DNA of 64,000 bases from Vermamoeba vermiformis (Eukaryota). Positions 26,901 through 37,859 of this stretch are shown piece after piece. The stretch is from NCBI GenBank assembly GCA_045837725.1, contig JBEWZL010000084.1, positions 124,001 to 188,000 on the forward strand. The letters run 5' to 3'. The translations under genes and the position numbers were made by a program. The first letter of the stretch is position 1. The number at the start of each line of letters is the position of its first letter. Under the pieces are notes generated by a model. It worked only from the letters and a program-made list of their open reading frames with translations. It did no database searches and was not told the DNA's origin.

Positions 26901-27432
26901 TGAAGCTAACTATTCAAAATGACTGCAAAAGTTGCATCATATTCTTTTCCAAGGTTTGTGATGCCTGGATCTGCAAATCAAATACTGATACTTGATAACT
27001 AGGATACACCCTACCTCACAAAGTTACACAAAATATTTTCTCAACAAAGAGTGCAAGCATCTCTTATTGAAGGGTATGCAAGACAGGGTCTTTTAGACTT
27101 GACTGACTGATTTTACTTACTATATTGTTTTAAGAAGTGCTACACAAAAAGCAACAATAATCAAGCAATGCAAAGAAGAAAATGTCCAGGTGGTGCTTGC
27201 ACAATTAATTGATGCCTCTGACCTTACACCTCTTGAAGTGAGTCACCTTGTACTGCTGGATCCAGTGCTAAGTAGTGCCCAAGAAATACAAGCAGAAGAG
27301 AGACTAGCTGTAAGTCGTGTAAACTCACAGAGAAGAGAGCTGAAAGTGCAACTTGTGCGGTTCATTATTCGTAACAAAGAAGATGAAGTTTACAACCTAA
27401 AAAAACGACTATTGAAATTAATGGAGGACTGA
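23908..27432 (+). CDS. F-box + divergent SNF2-family (Rad5/16-like) ATPase, many exons
   Basis: F-box LPKELMVEIFSEL..TCKYW; FHQYQLDAISWM; LADISGLGKT; ATLVVCP..VQHWVDEI; RVVVDEAH; YGSKI; SHLVLLDP; VRFII. Confidence 0.75.
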
Positions 27433-27515
27433 ACAAATTGTGATTCAGATTGGAGTAGTAAATTTTTGATTCATGTTTATAAATCTGTAATACCCTGCTG
27501 TGTAAAAAAACCTAG

Positions 27516-30500
27516 TTACAGTGTAATTGTTTTCTGCAGCTTATTTTGTTCATCTTTGATGTACTCATTAATGGACTTGTACCCCATTTGAGCAGCAGTT
27601 TCAAACCAACTCTCCTTGTTTAAAGTTATCTCCTTGAAGTTTTCTTGTGAAATAATGATGTGCAGGGCTTGTCCATTATCTGTCACATGAGATACATCCT
27701 CATTTGTTTGTGGCATTCTTATGTCAAAGCGAACTTCTTTCCATTTGGTTGCCAGCTGAATTGTTTTAAAAGCTGTGTGTGCTGATTTGGGGAATGGTGT
27801 TTTAGTTTGAGTGTTCTTTTGATAGTTGGCTGTAAATTTGGTCTTCTGCTTTGGTTGCTTAACAGTAACAGCTCTGAAGTCCTCTTTTGTTTCTGGAGAG
27901 GAGTAGCAATATGCTCCAATGGAATACAGCACATCACCTGGGAGGTAAATTAGTATTTTAATATATTGAAGTTGTCTTTTACCTTTGAAGCCTATCAAAT
28001 CTGGCCCAAAATACTTGCTTGGCTTCACCAAAGCTTTGTCGTACTTTGTCAATAACATAAGTAACTCTGGGGTATACTGTGCATCAGCAGCTTTGATTGC
28101 TTGAAGTGCTTTCAGCTCTACTCTTGCTGTTTCTTCATTTTTGAACAGTTGACCAAGTACAGGTGATCCTTGGAACTGCTTTTTCAAAGTAGCAGTGCCA
28201 GACCTGAGGTTGACTTTTGCAAGCAGTGCAGCTGCATCAGACAGTTCCAAACAATACCTGGCTTCCCCATAGAAAGTCCATGGGCTTGGGAAAGCAGTTG
28301 CATCTGTCCAGTCAGGGAGTTTCGTATCTAGTGAGGCAATGATTGGCAGTTGATTAATTTTCACTAGTGTTTTGGATAAGTTCATCTGTTTTAAGTGTTA
28401 GAAAAGTATTTCTAAAAATAAAGGAGTGCTCACAAATAATGCTCCGATCAAAGACTCAAAAGTGTTCCCCTTAGCATTTACTGAAGGAGAAAAGCTTGGG
28501 TCCACAGCAGAAGCAAGATCTCTTTCAAACTTTGTAACGAATGGGATGAACCAAGTAATTGTGGAAGCCATCCAGAGATGAAATATCGCAAATGAAAGTG
28601 GTTCACAAATGCCAAAGTACTTTACCCCTGAATTTGAGTTAATTGAAGCAGTCCAATTGAACATGGATGTTGCTTTCTTACAGTTTTGTCCATCCAGTTC
28701 AACAGATAACTTTTGCTCTCGCTTAGTTACCAAGGTGAAGCCAAGATCCTCCAAATTTACTCCCAGTTCTTTGCACATAGTTTCTGAGATGCAGTGCTGT
28801 GAGCTTATTGCAGTGTTGACATACAGTTGCTTTAGCAAGTTATTCCCTTTTGAGATAAAGTGTCACTAGATTAGTTACTGAAATTAAGGCTTACATTTTT
28901 CCATCTTTGCTGGGTCTTTCTCAAGCTGTATATGCAAGTGCTGGAGTCTTGTGTGCACATAATTTTTGACATCTTTGTGAAGCTTATCAACTGAAGTCTT
29001 AACTAAATCTTCAAAATCTTTGACTGTGGAATCAATGTCTGAACTACACATTATGTTTAGTAGGGCTGTAATTCGCTGTAATCGTCCTTGGGCAACTTTG
29101 CCAATCAATTTCTGAAGAGCAGGGGCTCTCTTAAGGTCAGGAAAATACGTGGACACAATTTCAATTGCTTTTTCTGCTGTAACAAGTGGAAATTCTAATT
29201 GGCTGTCACTGAAATCTATGTCATTTGCAGGTTTTGATTCACCACTCTTTCCAACACCACCCAAATTTGTCATTTGTGTTCCAGTGACAATCACTGTGCG
29301 CAGTGCTGGCAGGGAATAGTGAACAAGAACAGAAAGGAAGGTCCTACAGGAGATTAGTACTTAACAGAATTTCAATTGCTGTCTTACGTTCTCTCGTTGA
29401 TGGAGTTAACAAACTTGACTTTGTGTGGGACTTCAGGCTCTTCAAAAAGTCCCTGTGCTAATTGGACTTCATCCACCACAAACACAATGTCTTCAGTGAG
29501 TGCTTTCAAGCATGCATTTAACTCTCGTTGCTTTGCATAAACCCAAGTGTCATTGCAGCTGTTGGTTAAATCAGCAATAAATTTGTCTCCAAGAGTCTTC
29601 ATTGTTGTTTCAATATCAGGGTATCCACTGCTGACAAGTGCTAGCCAATTGGCTGGAGAGATACTTGACCGGTATCTGTCAAGGACTAGAGCGTGTGACA
29701 ACCACAGCAGTTGTGTCAAGCAAGTCATGATGTCTGTGGCTAGACTAGGAGAACATTTGTTGGCTGCAATGATTTCTGCCGCTATTTGACCTTGTTTACA
29801 AAAGGTTTGAAAAGCAGAATTGTGATTTTTCTGATCTGCTCCTTGCTTGATTTCAACATACAAGACATAGTGTTGTTGGGCGTATGCAAAGATGGAGCCT
29901 AGTAATTGGAGTTAGAAAGACAACAAAAAAATGTGTACATACCAGTTTTGCCAATTCCAGAAGTCCCATGTAGAGTAACAAGTTTGCTCTGGTTAGGCCT
30001 GACATCTTTTTGAAGAGCATTGATGATGGGGTCGTCAAAGAATGGTTTGTCAAGAAAGTGGAAATCGACTTTGCCATTTGCAACGTTGAATGGAATTTTC
30101 GTGAAGTTCCAATACTTAAAGACGACTTTATCTTTCCAAAGTTCACAAATCTCGTCACGAGTGAGTACCAACTTGGTTTTTGACGGCGCAGGGCATTGTA
30201 ATTTGAGGTTGTCTTGCACGTTGTCATGAACTGTGGTCCAATTTTGCAGCTTCTTTTTAATCGCTTCCGCTTCATTTTCCAGTCCAACACTGCCCCAATC
30301 CATCTCAGGGTCTAACAACTGCGTGCCACTAATATTCTTTTCGGCCAGCTTAGCAATGATGGCTTGCGTACCAGCTTCAGATCCACCGACATCCTGCGAT
30401 ATAAACTCTTGAACTTCGTGGGTGGTCCAGTCGGTAGCTAAAAATTGCTTCGTTAACGATTCATTTGCTATATTAAGTATACGAGAGCACTTACGTCGCT

Positions 30501-30521
30501 TGTGTCGAAAAGATTGCCGAG
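27516..30521 (-). CDS. SAM-like + P-loop NTPase + PD-(D/E)xK-like nuclease protein (Crinkler/CR-effector-type architecture); start codon not resolved
   Basis: PTDWTTHEVQEFI..KNISGTQLL (SAM-like); LHGTSGIGKT Walker A; FVVDEVQ Walker B; GRLQR; KGNTFESLI; KPSKYFGPDLIGF. Confidence 0.65.
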
Positions 30522-31557
30522 CTGGATGCAAAAACGAGTGAGTAAAAACTGTTTCGTAACCGAAAAAAGTCTTATAAGAATATTACCTTGGTTAGCCAAG
30601 CTAATGTGTCTTATATAGTACCTCGGTACCGCTCCGTTTTTGCGCTGAGAAAATAGATTTGCTCTAACCCCAGGCCGGAAAATACTCTTTGGTACTTTTA
30701 GAAATTAATTAAATGGAAATGTTGTTACATAACGTATTTCGGCATCGCCGAATATTAAATTATTTTTTAAAATTGAAAAATGCGTAATTTGTCGGGATTT
30801 GACTCTGAAGTGTACCTGATCTACGAACAGCAAGGCTAACAGCTCGTTCAAACATAGTAAGCATTTAATTAAACCAATTGAAACTATCGTATTTCAGGTT
30901 TTGTCCATCTGCCCGTAGCCACTCTTTTTCGGGACTAGTAATGTTCATACACCATCCTTTCTCGTGCACCAAACCGTTTTGGGCGTCAATAGCGTGATCT
31001 GCATCATGTTTGTTATTAACGATAATAATTAGTTGCAAAAATGTTTTTTTAGGCGGGCTAATTTTACACGGCCTGATCTTAGCCAGTTTGCCGATGGAAC
31101 AACACACGGAGCGTCATTATATTTTTCCAATTAAGCGCTTAAATTTAATGTTTCTCAAGAAAGTGTCATACGGCGTAACGCAGCAAATAGTTCGAGAATT
31201 AACTACAACGAAAATAACCAAAATGTCACCCGATCTGTTAATTTAAAGAAAAAAATGTCGAAGTAATGTAACAAAATATTATTGCTTTAATTTAACATAT
31301 TTTAATAATTTACCTCCTCAGATTACAGTTCGTGATTTTGTAATTGCAACCCGTCAGGCTGTTGGGTGGCACCATGAAAAGCGATATTTACGGGAAGGAG
31401 GTCTCGTCAAAACCGACAAGCGTCTGAAATTGGCCAGCGACAAACCTACATCCGCTTCCAAGAAAAAAAATATCCAAGGCCATAAATAGCGGTTACCAGC
31501 CATTTTTCCAATTCTTTCAACATAAACAACTCCTTAGTCAAAACCAAAAGCATCACT

Positions 31558-34336
31558 ATGTCTTCATCTGGAAAAGGACGTCCCGCATTCAACAGAGACA
31601 ACTCTAGATCACTTTGTATTAAAGAAGGCTTGGCTTTTCTCGCTCAAACGACTGGAAAAACTACAAATAATATTCCCAAGCGAAAAGCTAAGAGAATCGT
31701 CGTTTTTGAAGCAGCTCAACATGTCGCCAAGGTTAATGGACGCAAATCTGCTCGAAAAACTCGCTCTGCCCGCACTCTTCGTGGAAAGCTTGTTAATAGA
31801 CGCCGCCAAGCATTGAACAACAACAATAATAACAACGTTAAAGCTCAACCTGCTGCCGCCGCGCCAAAACCCGCTGTAACTCGATCGACTGCCAAGAAAA
31901 TCCGCAAGGTGATTCCTCCCAAGCCTGCCGCCATGCCCAAACCCGTCGTAAACAACACTACCGTTACCCCAGTCAACAATAACAACGCTGGATTCAATTT
32001 TGGAAATGTTGCTGCAGTAAATCCAGGAAATGCTATGTCAAGTACGTCCAATCTAACTCCTTAGTGACTTTTTAGCTCAAATACTGATCGCAATATTATT
32101 ATAGACCTAAAAGCCTTGCCTACTTCATGGCGTTTCTCTACGCCTGCTCCTGCATTCGGCTTGTACGTGGATGACTCAAATGTTTTCTGCGGTGACAACC
32201 AAGGCAACATTTATCAGTTCTCGCATGACGGCGACCTTAAAAACCATTTGAAATTGCCATACGGTGTTAAATCCATCGTTCGCGATTATCAGTGGCTTTA
32301 TGCCGGATGCGACAACGGAGTTGTGTACGATGTAACCGACAAAGATCAGCCCAGAATTGCTTACGAGATCCCTGAAGACGGTCAATTCGACGAGCATGAA
32401 GTCATGGCTAATATTGACGACTTGTTGCATGATCACGAAGCCACATCCAACAACGAGAAAGGCGCTCGACAAAAACTCACTACCATTCGTCAAACTAAGA
32501 AGAAGCACGTCGTATTTGCGTTGGATACATCTAGTTCCATGAGCTGTAAGTATTTTAAACTCTTACTATCATTTTTTCGTTCAATTTCTAACGGATTCAT
32601 TTGTAATAGCCAACAGACAATTCGAATCTGCTTTACAAAACATGAAAATGATCTTCAACCATCATATGCAAGACCACGACTTGGTGTCTTTCGTTACCTT
32701 CGACAGCACCGTCTCCGTCAAGTTCGAGAACAAGGTCAAATCTGCCGATCGTGCTCAGATCATGACTGGATTCGACTCTGCTCGTCCTTCTGGCGCCACT
32801 GCCTTATGGGACGCTATTCAGCGATCAGTCGAACTCGTCACTAAGCCTCAAGACACCGACGTTGATCGCTGGATCATTTGTTTAACGGATGGTGAGGACA
32901 ACAGATCTGCATCTCGCCCCAACACCTTGATGACTTTGCTGCGCGACAAGCAACAAACAGCACCTTGCAACCTCGTGCTCATCGATGTTATGCACCGTCC
33001 TCGCTCCGAATTGCAACAACTGTGCGAAGCTACCGAGCACGGACTTTACATCCCCGTGCACTCGTACAAGGGCATCGAAGAGGCCTTCAAACTCGTGGCA
33101 CAAGTGCTCAACGCCAAGGTCTTGTGGATGGACGTCAGCGACGGTCTTCTTGCTGTCAGCGACAACCGTGGTTCCGTCACCGTGTGCAACATTGAAGGTG
33201 AAAAGATGTGGTCGCAGAAGTCTTCAGGCAAGGCAGGCTGGATGGTCCGCGCTGATGCCAGTGCTGTCTATCACGGCCATTCAAAGGGTATCGACGCCTA
33301 TTCGCTCCGATCTGGCGATCAACGCTGGCAAGTCAAGTTGCCCGAGGGTCCTGTCATGTCTGGCACGCAAAGCCGCGAGTTCTTGTTTGCAGCCACTGGT
33401 CCGCTCGTGCAATCCTTGGACAAGGAAGGCAAGCTCATCATGCGCACACCCGCTGGCCAGGCCTCAATCACTGCTACTGCCTTGGCGCCAGATCAAGACA
33501 ACGAGGACGGCCTGCTCATCGTGGCCGCTGGCACTGACGGCTCTTTGACTGCCTACGACTCTGTCAAGGGCACTCAAAAGTGGTCGTTCTCGCTTGGTGG
33601 TGGATCTGCCCTCTCTGTCGCGGCTCGTGGCTCACGTGTCTTCATCGTGACAACTGACGGTCAATTGATCTGTGGTGACGTGTCAAATGACACTGTCAAG
33701 AAGGCTCTCGCTGGCACATTCAACGCCGCAGCTCGCAACATTGCCGCGCCTGAAACTACTGCTAACACGATTGTTCCGACCAATCAGGTTGACACCATCA
33801 ACACGCCTTTGCCTGATGGCTCTATCGTCGTTGAGTGCTCTCGTGCTTTGTCCGATGCCGATGTGATGGCCATTCACAACGCTATCCACAGCACCGCTGA
33901 TCACGTGACCATTCAAGGTGTTGACTGGCCAGTCCATGTTGGCAACGCTAACTGCCGCTTCATTCGCTGGGACGACACTTTGACATTCATCGAGCAGAAC
34001 AAGACCAAGACCAGCAAGTACGCCAAGATGTCACGTGACGGCCACAAGATCACGTGGATCATCAAGCAGGGTCGTTGGGGCCTCATCATCGACAACAAGA
34101 TTGAACACAACGGAACCAAGCTCAAAGTTCGTGTGTCAGCCAAGTACGCCCAACAATTCAACCAAAAGTTCGACGTCAATTGGGACGTGCAGTTCCCGAA
34201 CGAGTTGCGTGAAGAAGGCGCCGAGTTTGTGGTCGATGAGCTTGTCCAGGCTGAGAACGGCAATTACTACCGCGTCAAGGGCAACATCAAGCGCGTTGTC
34301 AATGCGAATAACACCAACGCGATGGAAACTAATTAA
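31558..34336 (+). CDS. ~883-aa protein: basic N-terminus, PQQ/WD40-like beta-propeller with inserted VWA domain, conserved C-terminal domain
   Basis: Exons 31558-32041, 32105-32545, 32610-34336 join in frame; complete MIDAS (DTSSS, GATAL, LTDGED); propeller blades with W at blade ends; WDVQFP..LRE.GA.FVVD..YYRVKGNIKR terminus. Confidence 0.85.
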
Positions 34337-34493
34337 TTAAATGTATTTTTTGTAAATAAATTTCAAAACCGAAAAACGCTACTTAAATTTGTGTCTGAGG
34401 GTTGCTTTGAAGACACTCGCGGGAGATTGCGTCGTGATTTGAATAATTTAAAGAAACCGTTATTAATAGACTGAAGGTTCGTACGAGACGCTC

Positions 34494-35057
34494 TTACAAA
34501 AATTTGGTGATGTCTCCTTCGCAGATGTACTTAGCGGTGCCTTGGCTGAGTCTGTCAGCTTCGACACCGACATGGAAGACACCGTCAGTGAATGCCATTT
34601 TGGCTGCCTTTGTGCCTGTTGGACGAACAGTGAAGACGATCTTGCGAGCAGAAGTGGCGTCGAGAAGAGCTTCTTTGACCAGAACATCTTTGCAAGCTTC
34701 GGCGAACCTAATGACAAGTCATTAAAGTCATGTGATTAATTGCGCATCGGTGAAGATTTTTTTTCTGCTGAATTTCAAGGGTACGAATGCAATAAATATG
34801 ATTCAAACTTACTTTTCTACGATGAAATGGAGGTAACCGTCTTTGGCGTAGAAAGTTGCACCAACTTTTTCGTGGTCACGAGCGTAGACGCCGGCCTTGT
34901 GGACCAAGGGGATCAATTCGGCCCAAGCAGGGGTGACTTCGAAAGTGTATTCAAAGCCCGTGATCTCCTTAAGCTTTTTGAGCAATGAGACTCTGTTGGC
35001 TTCGTTGTCGCGAAGGCTCATTCTGTGAATAAGAGAGAATTCTCCGTCAGCTGACAT
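34494..35057 (-). CDS. Uncharacterised ~150-aa protein, tandem paralog A (2 exons)
   Basis: MSADGEFSLIHRMSLRDNEAN..KLKEITGFEYTFE | FAEACKDVLVKEALLDATSARKIVF..KYICEGDITKFL; same intron position as paralog B. Confidence 0.85.
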
Positions 35058-35124
35058 TGTTTGCGTTGTTGTGTTTGTTATTCGATCGATTTGAATGAAC
35101 GAACTGCTTGTCGCCGCGTTGCCA

Positions 35125-35242
35125 ATTTTATATTTGCTCAAATTGTGGCCCACGTGATCGTGTTGCAATGTGATTGGTCGGCCTGTTTTTGATTTCTTCA
35201 ATCATTCTGTCCTGTTGTGATACCCGAGTGACATGTCTTATG
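35125..35242 (-). promoter_or_regulatory. Promoter of paralog A (TATA, CACGTG, CCAAT, conserved 31-mer)
   Basis: Elements shared in order with the paralog B promoter; identical TTTCTTCAATCATTCTGTCCTGTTGTGATAC at 35193-35223. Confidence 0.6.
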
Positions 35243-35907
35243 GCTATATTGTGAAACGGAGCTAATCTCAATGAACCACGTAGAATTGCAGCGATCACCG
35301 CAAAAGCAGCTACAATGAAAGGCAACTTTCAATTCGATCGATTGCTCCGAACAATTTCAGGGATGCTGTTTCAGAACCTGTTATAATGACATGATACGCT
35401 ACCGTTTCAATTGAATCAGATATTGGTCCCATAGTGCTGTACTCTCGTGGCCGACCACCGACACCAGAAAAAAGTCAGAATTCTACCGAGCACAAAGCGC
35501 AAATTTGGTTCACTTTGACATTTGTTAGCTGTCCGTGACTTGGACCGTGCTTTCACTGCAACTAGAGATGAGTCCAGTTAAATGGCTTCGCTTAGCCAGG
35601 GGCACTGTATTCTCATGAATGTCACATTCCTGCTGAATTAATGCAATACGAAAAGGAGGCAGAAACGATCCAATGCTATTGACTATAACTGGGTGTAGCT
35701 TGTTGACGGAAGTGATTTTTGAGCTTCGCTAGATTTGACGATACAAAACTGTCACATATTAATTTCAGTAATCAATGTGATTCCACCACCAACAGCTGAA
35801 TATTTTTTTCAGCGAACGGAGCAGTCACTAACTTAAGGCAGATGACACGATTTATATTTAGGGACGTTTATATATGCGTAACGTGTTACAAAATCAGCGT
35901 GAAAAGT

Positions 35908-36528
35908 TTACTTCAATATCTTGGTAATGTCAGCTTCGCAGATGTATTTGGCGTGACCAGTGCTGAATTGACCAGCCTCCGCGGTGAGTTGGAGAGCGTT
36001 ATCGAAGAATTGCAATTTGCGGACCTTGCTGTTGGGAGGACGGAACGTGAGGACGATCTTGCGGCTAGAAGTGGCGTCGAGAAGTGCTTCTTTGACCATA
36101 TCGTCCTTGGCCGAGTCAGCGAACCTAATAGCACATCCGTCAATATATTGTAGTTTAAAGAATTGCAATGTAAATGGTAAATAAGAAACTAGTAACAGCA
36201 AAACCAATCGCCGAGAAATTTATTAATAATTTGTTTGTTGAATTTAATAGTACTGAAAATGAAACTATATATGAGTAGTATTTATCACTTACTTTTGAAC
36301 GATGAATTGGAGAAAGCCGTCCTTGCCGTACAAAATGTCACCAATCTTTTCGTGGTCTCTGCTACCGCCGCTAGCTAGCATCGGGATAATTTCTTCCAAC
36401 GAAGGAGCAAGCTCGAAAGTGTATTCAAAGCCAGTGATTTCCTTCAACTTGGCGAGCAATGCAGTCTTGTTGGCTTCGTTGTCGCGAAGGTTCTTTTTGT
36501 GCACGAGAGAAAATTTGACTTCGGCCAT
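35908..36528 (-). CDS. Uncharacterised ~150-aa protein, tandem paralog B (2 exons)
   Basis: MAEVKFSLVHKKNLRDNEAN..KLKEITGFEYTFE | FADSAKDDMVKEALLDATSSRKIVL..KYICEADITKILK. Confidence 0.85.
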
Positions 36529-36571
36529 TGTTCGTGTTGTTGTGGTTGTTATTCGATTGCTTTGAATGATA

Positions 36572-36702
36572 AGTTTTATAGTTGCTCGGTTTGTGGTCCA
36601 CGTGATCGCTCACAGCTCATGCTGCATTGTGATTGGTTGGTCAGTTTAGTTTCTTCAATCATTCTGTCCTGTTGTGATACGCTAGAATGACTTGTCTTAT
36701 GG
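36572..36702 (-). promoter_or_regulatory. Promoter of paralog B (TATA, CACGTG, CCAAT, conserved 31-mer)
   Basis: Same ordered motifs; 31-mer at 36650-36680. Confidence 0.6.
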
Positions 36703-37859
36703 TGTTCATATGACCTTGTGGATCGCTTGCTGCATTTCAGTGAGTTATGCTGCGGATAGTACGAGGAGATCTCAAATGACGCCACGTTTCTACATTCTTC
36801 TGCCGAATAGCACATAGGATGCGTTGCTATTATATACGTAACCACATCAATCTATGTGATCGTTTAAGTAAGGTAAATACACCAAGTAGCTGCCGCTTAC
36901 AGATCTGGTCTGAAAATTACGGTTAGAATTGTCAGCGAGAACAGAGATTTTCCGCAGTGCTAGTCTTGAACTTACCAAATCGGGTACAAAGGGACCCAAC
37001 TATCCATATGTGAATTGGTTTTCAAAAGTTGCACCTCTGATCACAACAAAGAATTCTTCGTTTTTTCTGATCACACTATCCGCTCGTTGACTCACAAGCT
37101 CGTTGATGAATATGATATCGAGCTGTGCCTACTATCACATACCAATCACTACTATGATCTTGATGAGTATTGGTCAATTAGTCATTGTTTCGTAGTGATG
37201 CCTGATAGAATTGCTTTGTCAGTCTGGATTGCTACGGATGCACTGCTAGAGCTCATTATTAGAGACATATGACGAAAGTATAAGGTCTATACATAGTACG
37301 ATAGGATTGACTTCATCTTGCTCCGAAGATAGCTCGGTCTCGATTCAGACTCTGAAATCATCCGTTGGCCAACGGATTATCGTCCAACGCGACTTAAAAA
37401 TGGCGGAAAGTTAGCAATTCTATCAAATAACTATGGTTACTATAACATATTACCATATCCGATAGGTCGTATTGTTGTGCTGACAGGAATTCCAGATCTG
37501 CCCCGAATCCTCGTTCTTCATTGTTACAATTCTGGTCATGTTGACTAAGATCTGCATTATGATTTATAATGCTAATCGATTATATGCTGCGATTCTATCA
37601 TCGGCCGTTTGAAGGTTAACATTTTGTAACGGATCATCATCTGAAGTTCAGATCCGTCGTTGCAGTAGCTTAAAGCTCATAGTGATATTGGAATTAAGAA
37701 AGATTGAAAACTTACTTACGTTTTACCCGATTCAGTTGGCACCAATGGCTTGAAGTTTGTATGCCAGATCCAAATGCGGATCTATTGCAGGACGAAACAG
37801 TTCTAATAAAATGTCATTTCATTAGCATTACTTGATATACAATGTAGCCTCTATTATCG

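Noticed and set aside
30865-31107. ORF with RRM-like fragment DADHAIDAQNG
   Set aside because: Only a short resemblance without RNP motifs or an ATG start; at best a relic
23760-31400. The F-box-SNF2 and CR-like pair as a bounded transposon
   Set aside because: No terminal inverted repeats, LTRs, target-site duplication or transposase visible by eye
37015-37272. 85-codon + strand ORF in a 1.1-kb intergenic gap
   Set aside because: No ATG start, no recognisable motif and no convincing splice partners
37360-37377. Perfect 18-bp palindrome ATCCGTTGGCCAACGGAT
   Set aside because: A 9-bp-arm palindrome is not unexpected by chance in 64 kb, and there is no supporting context
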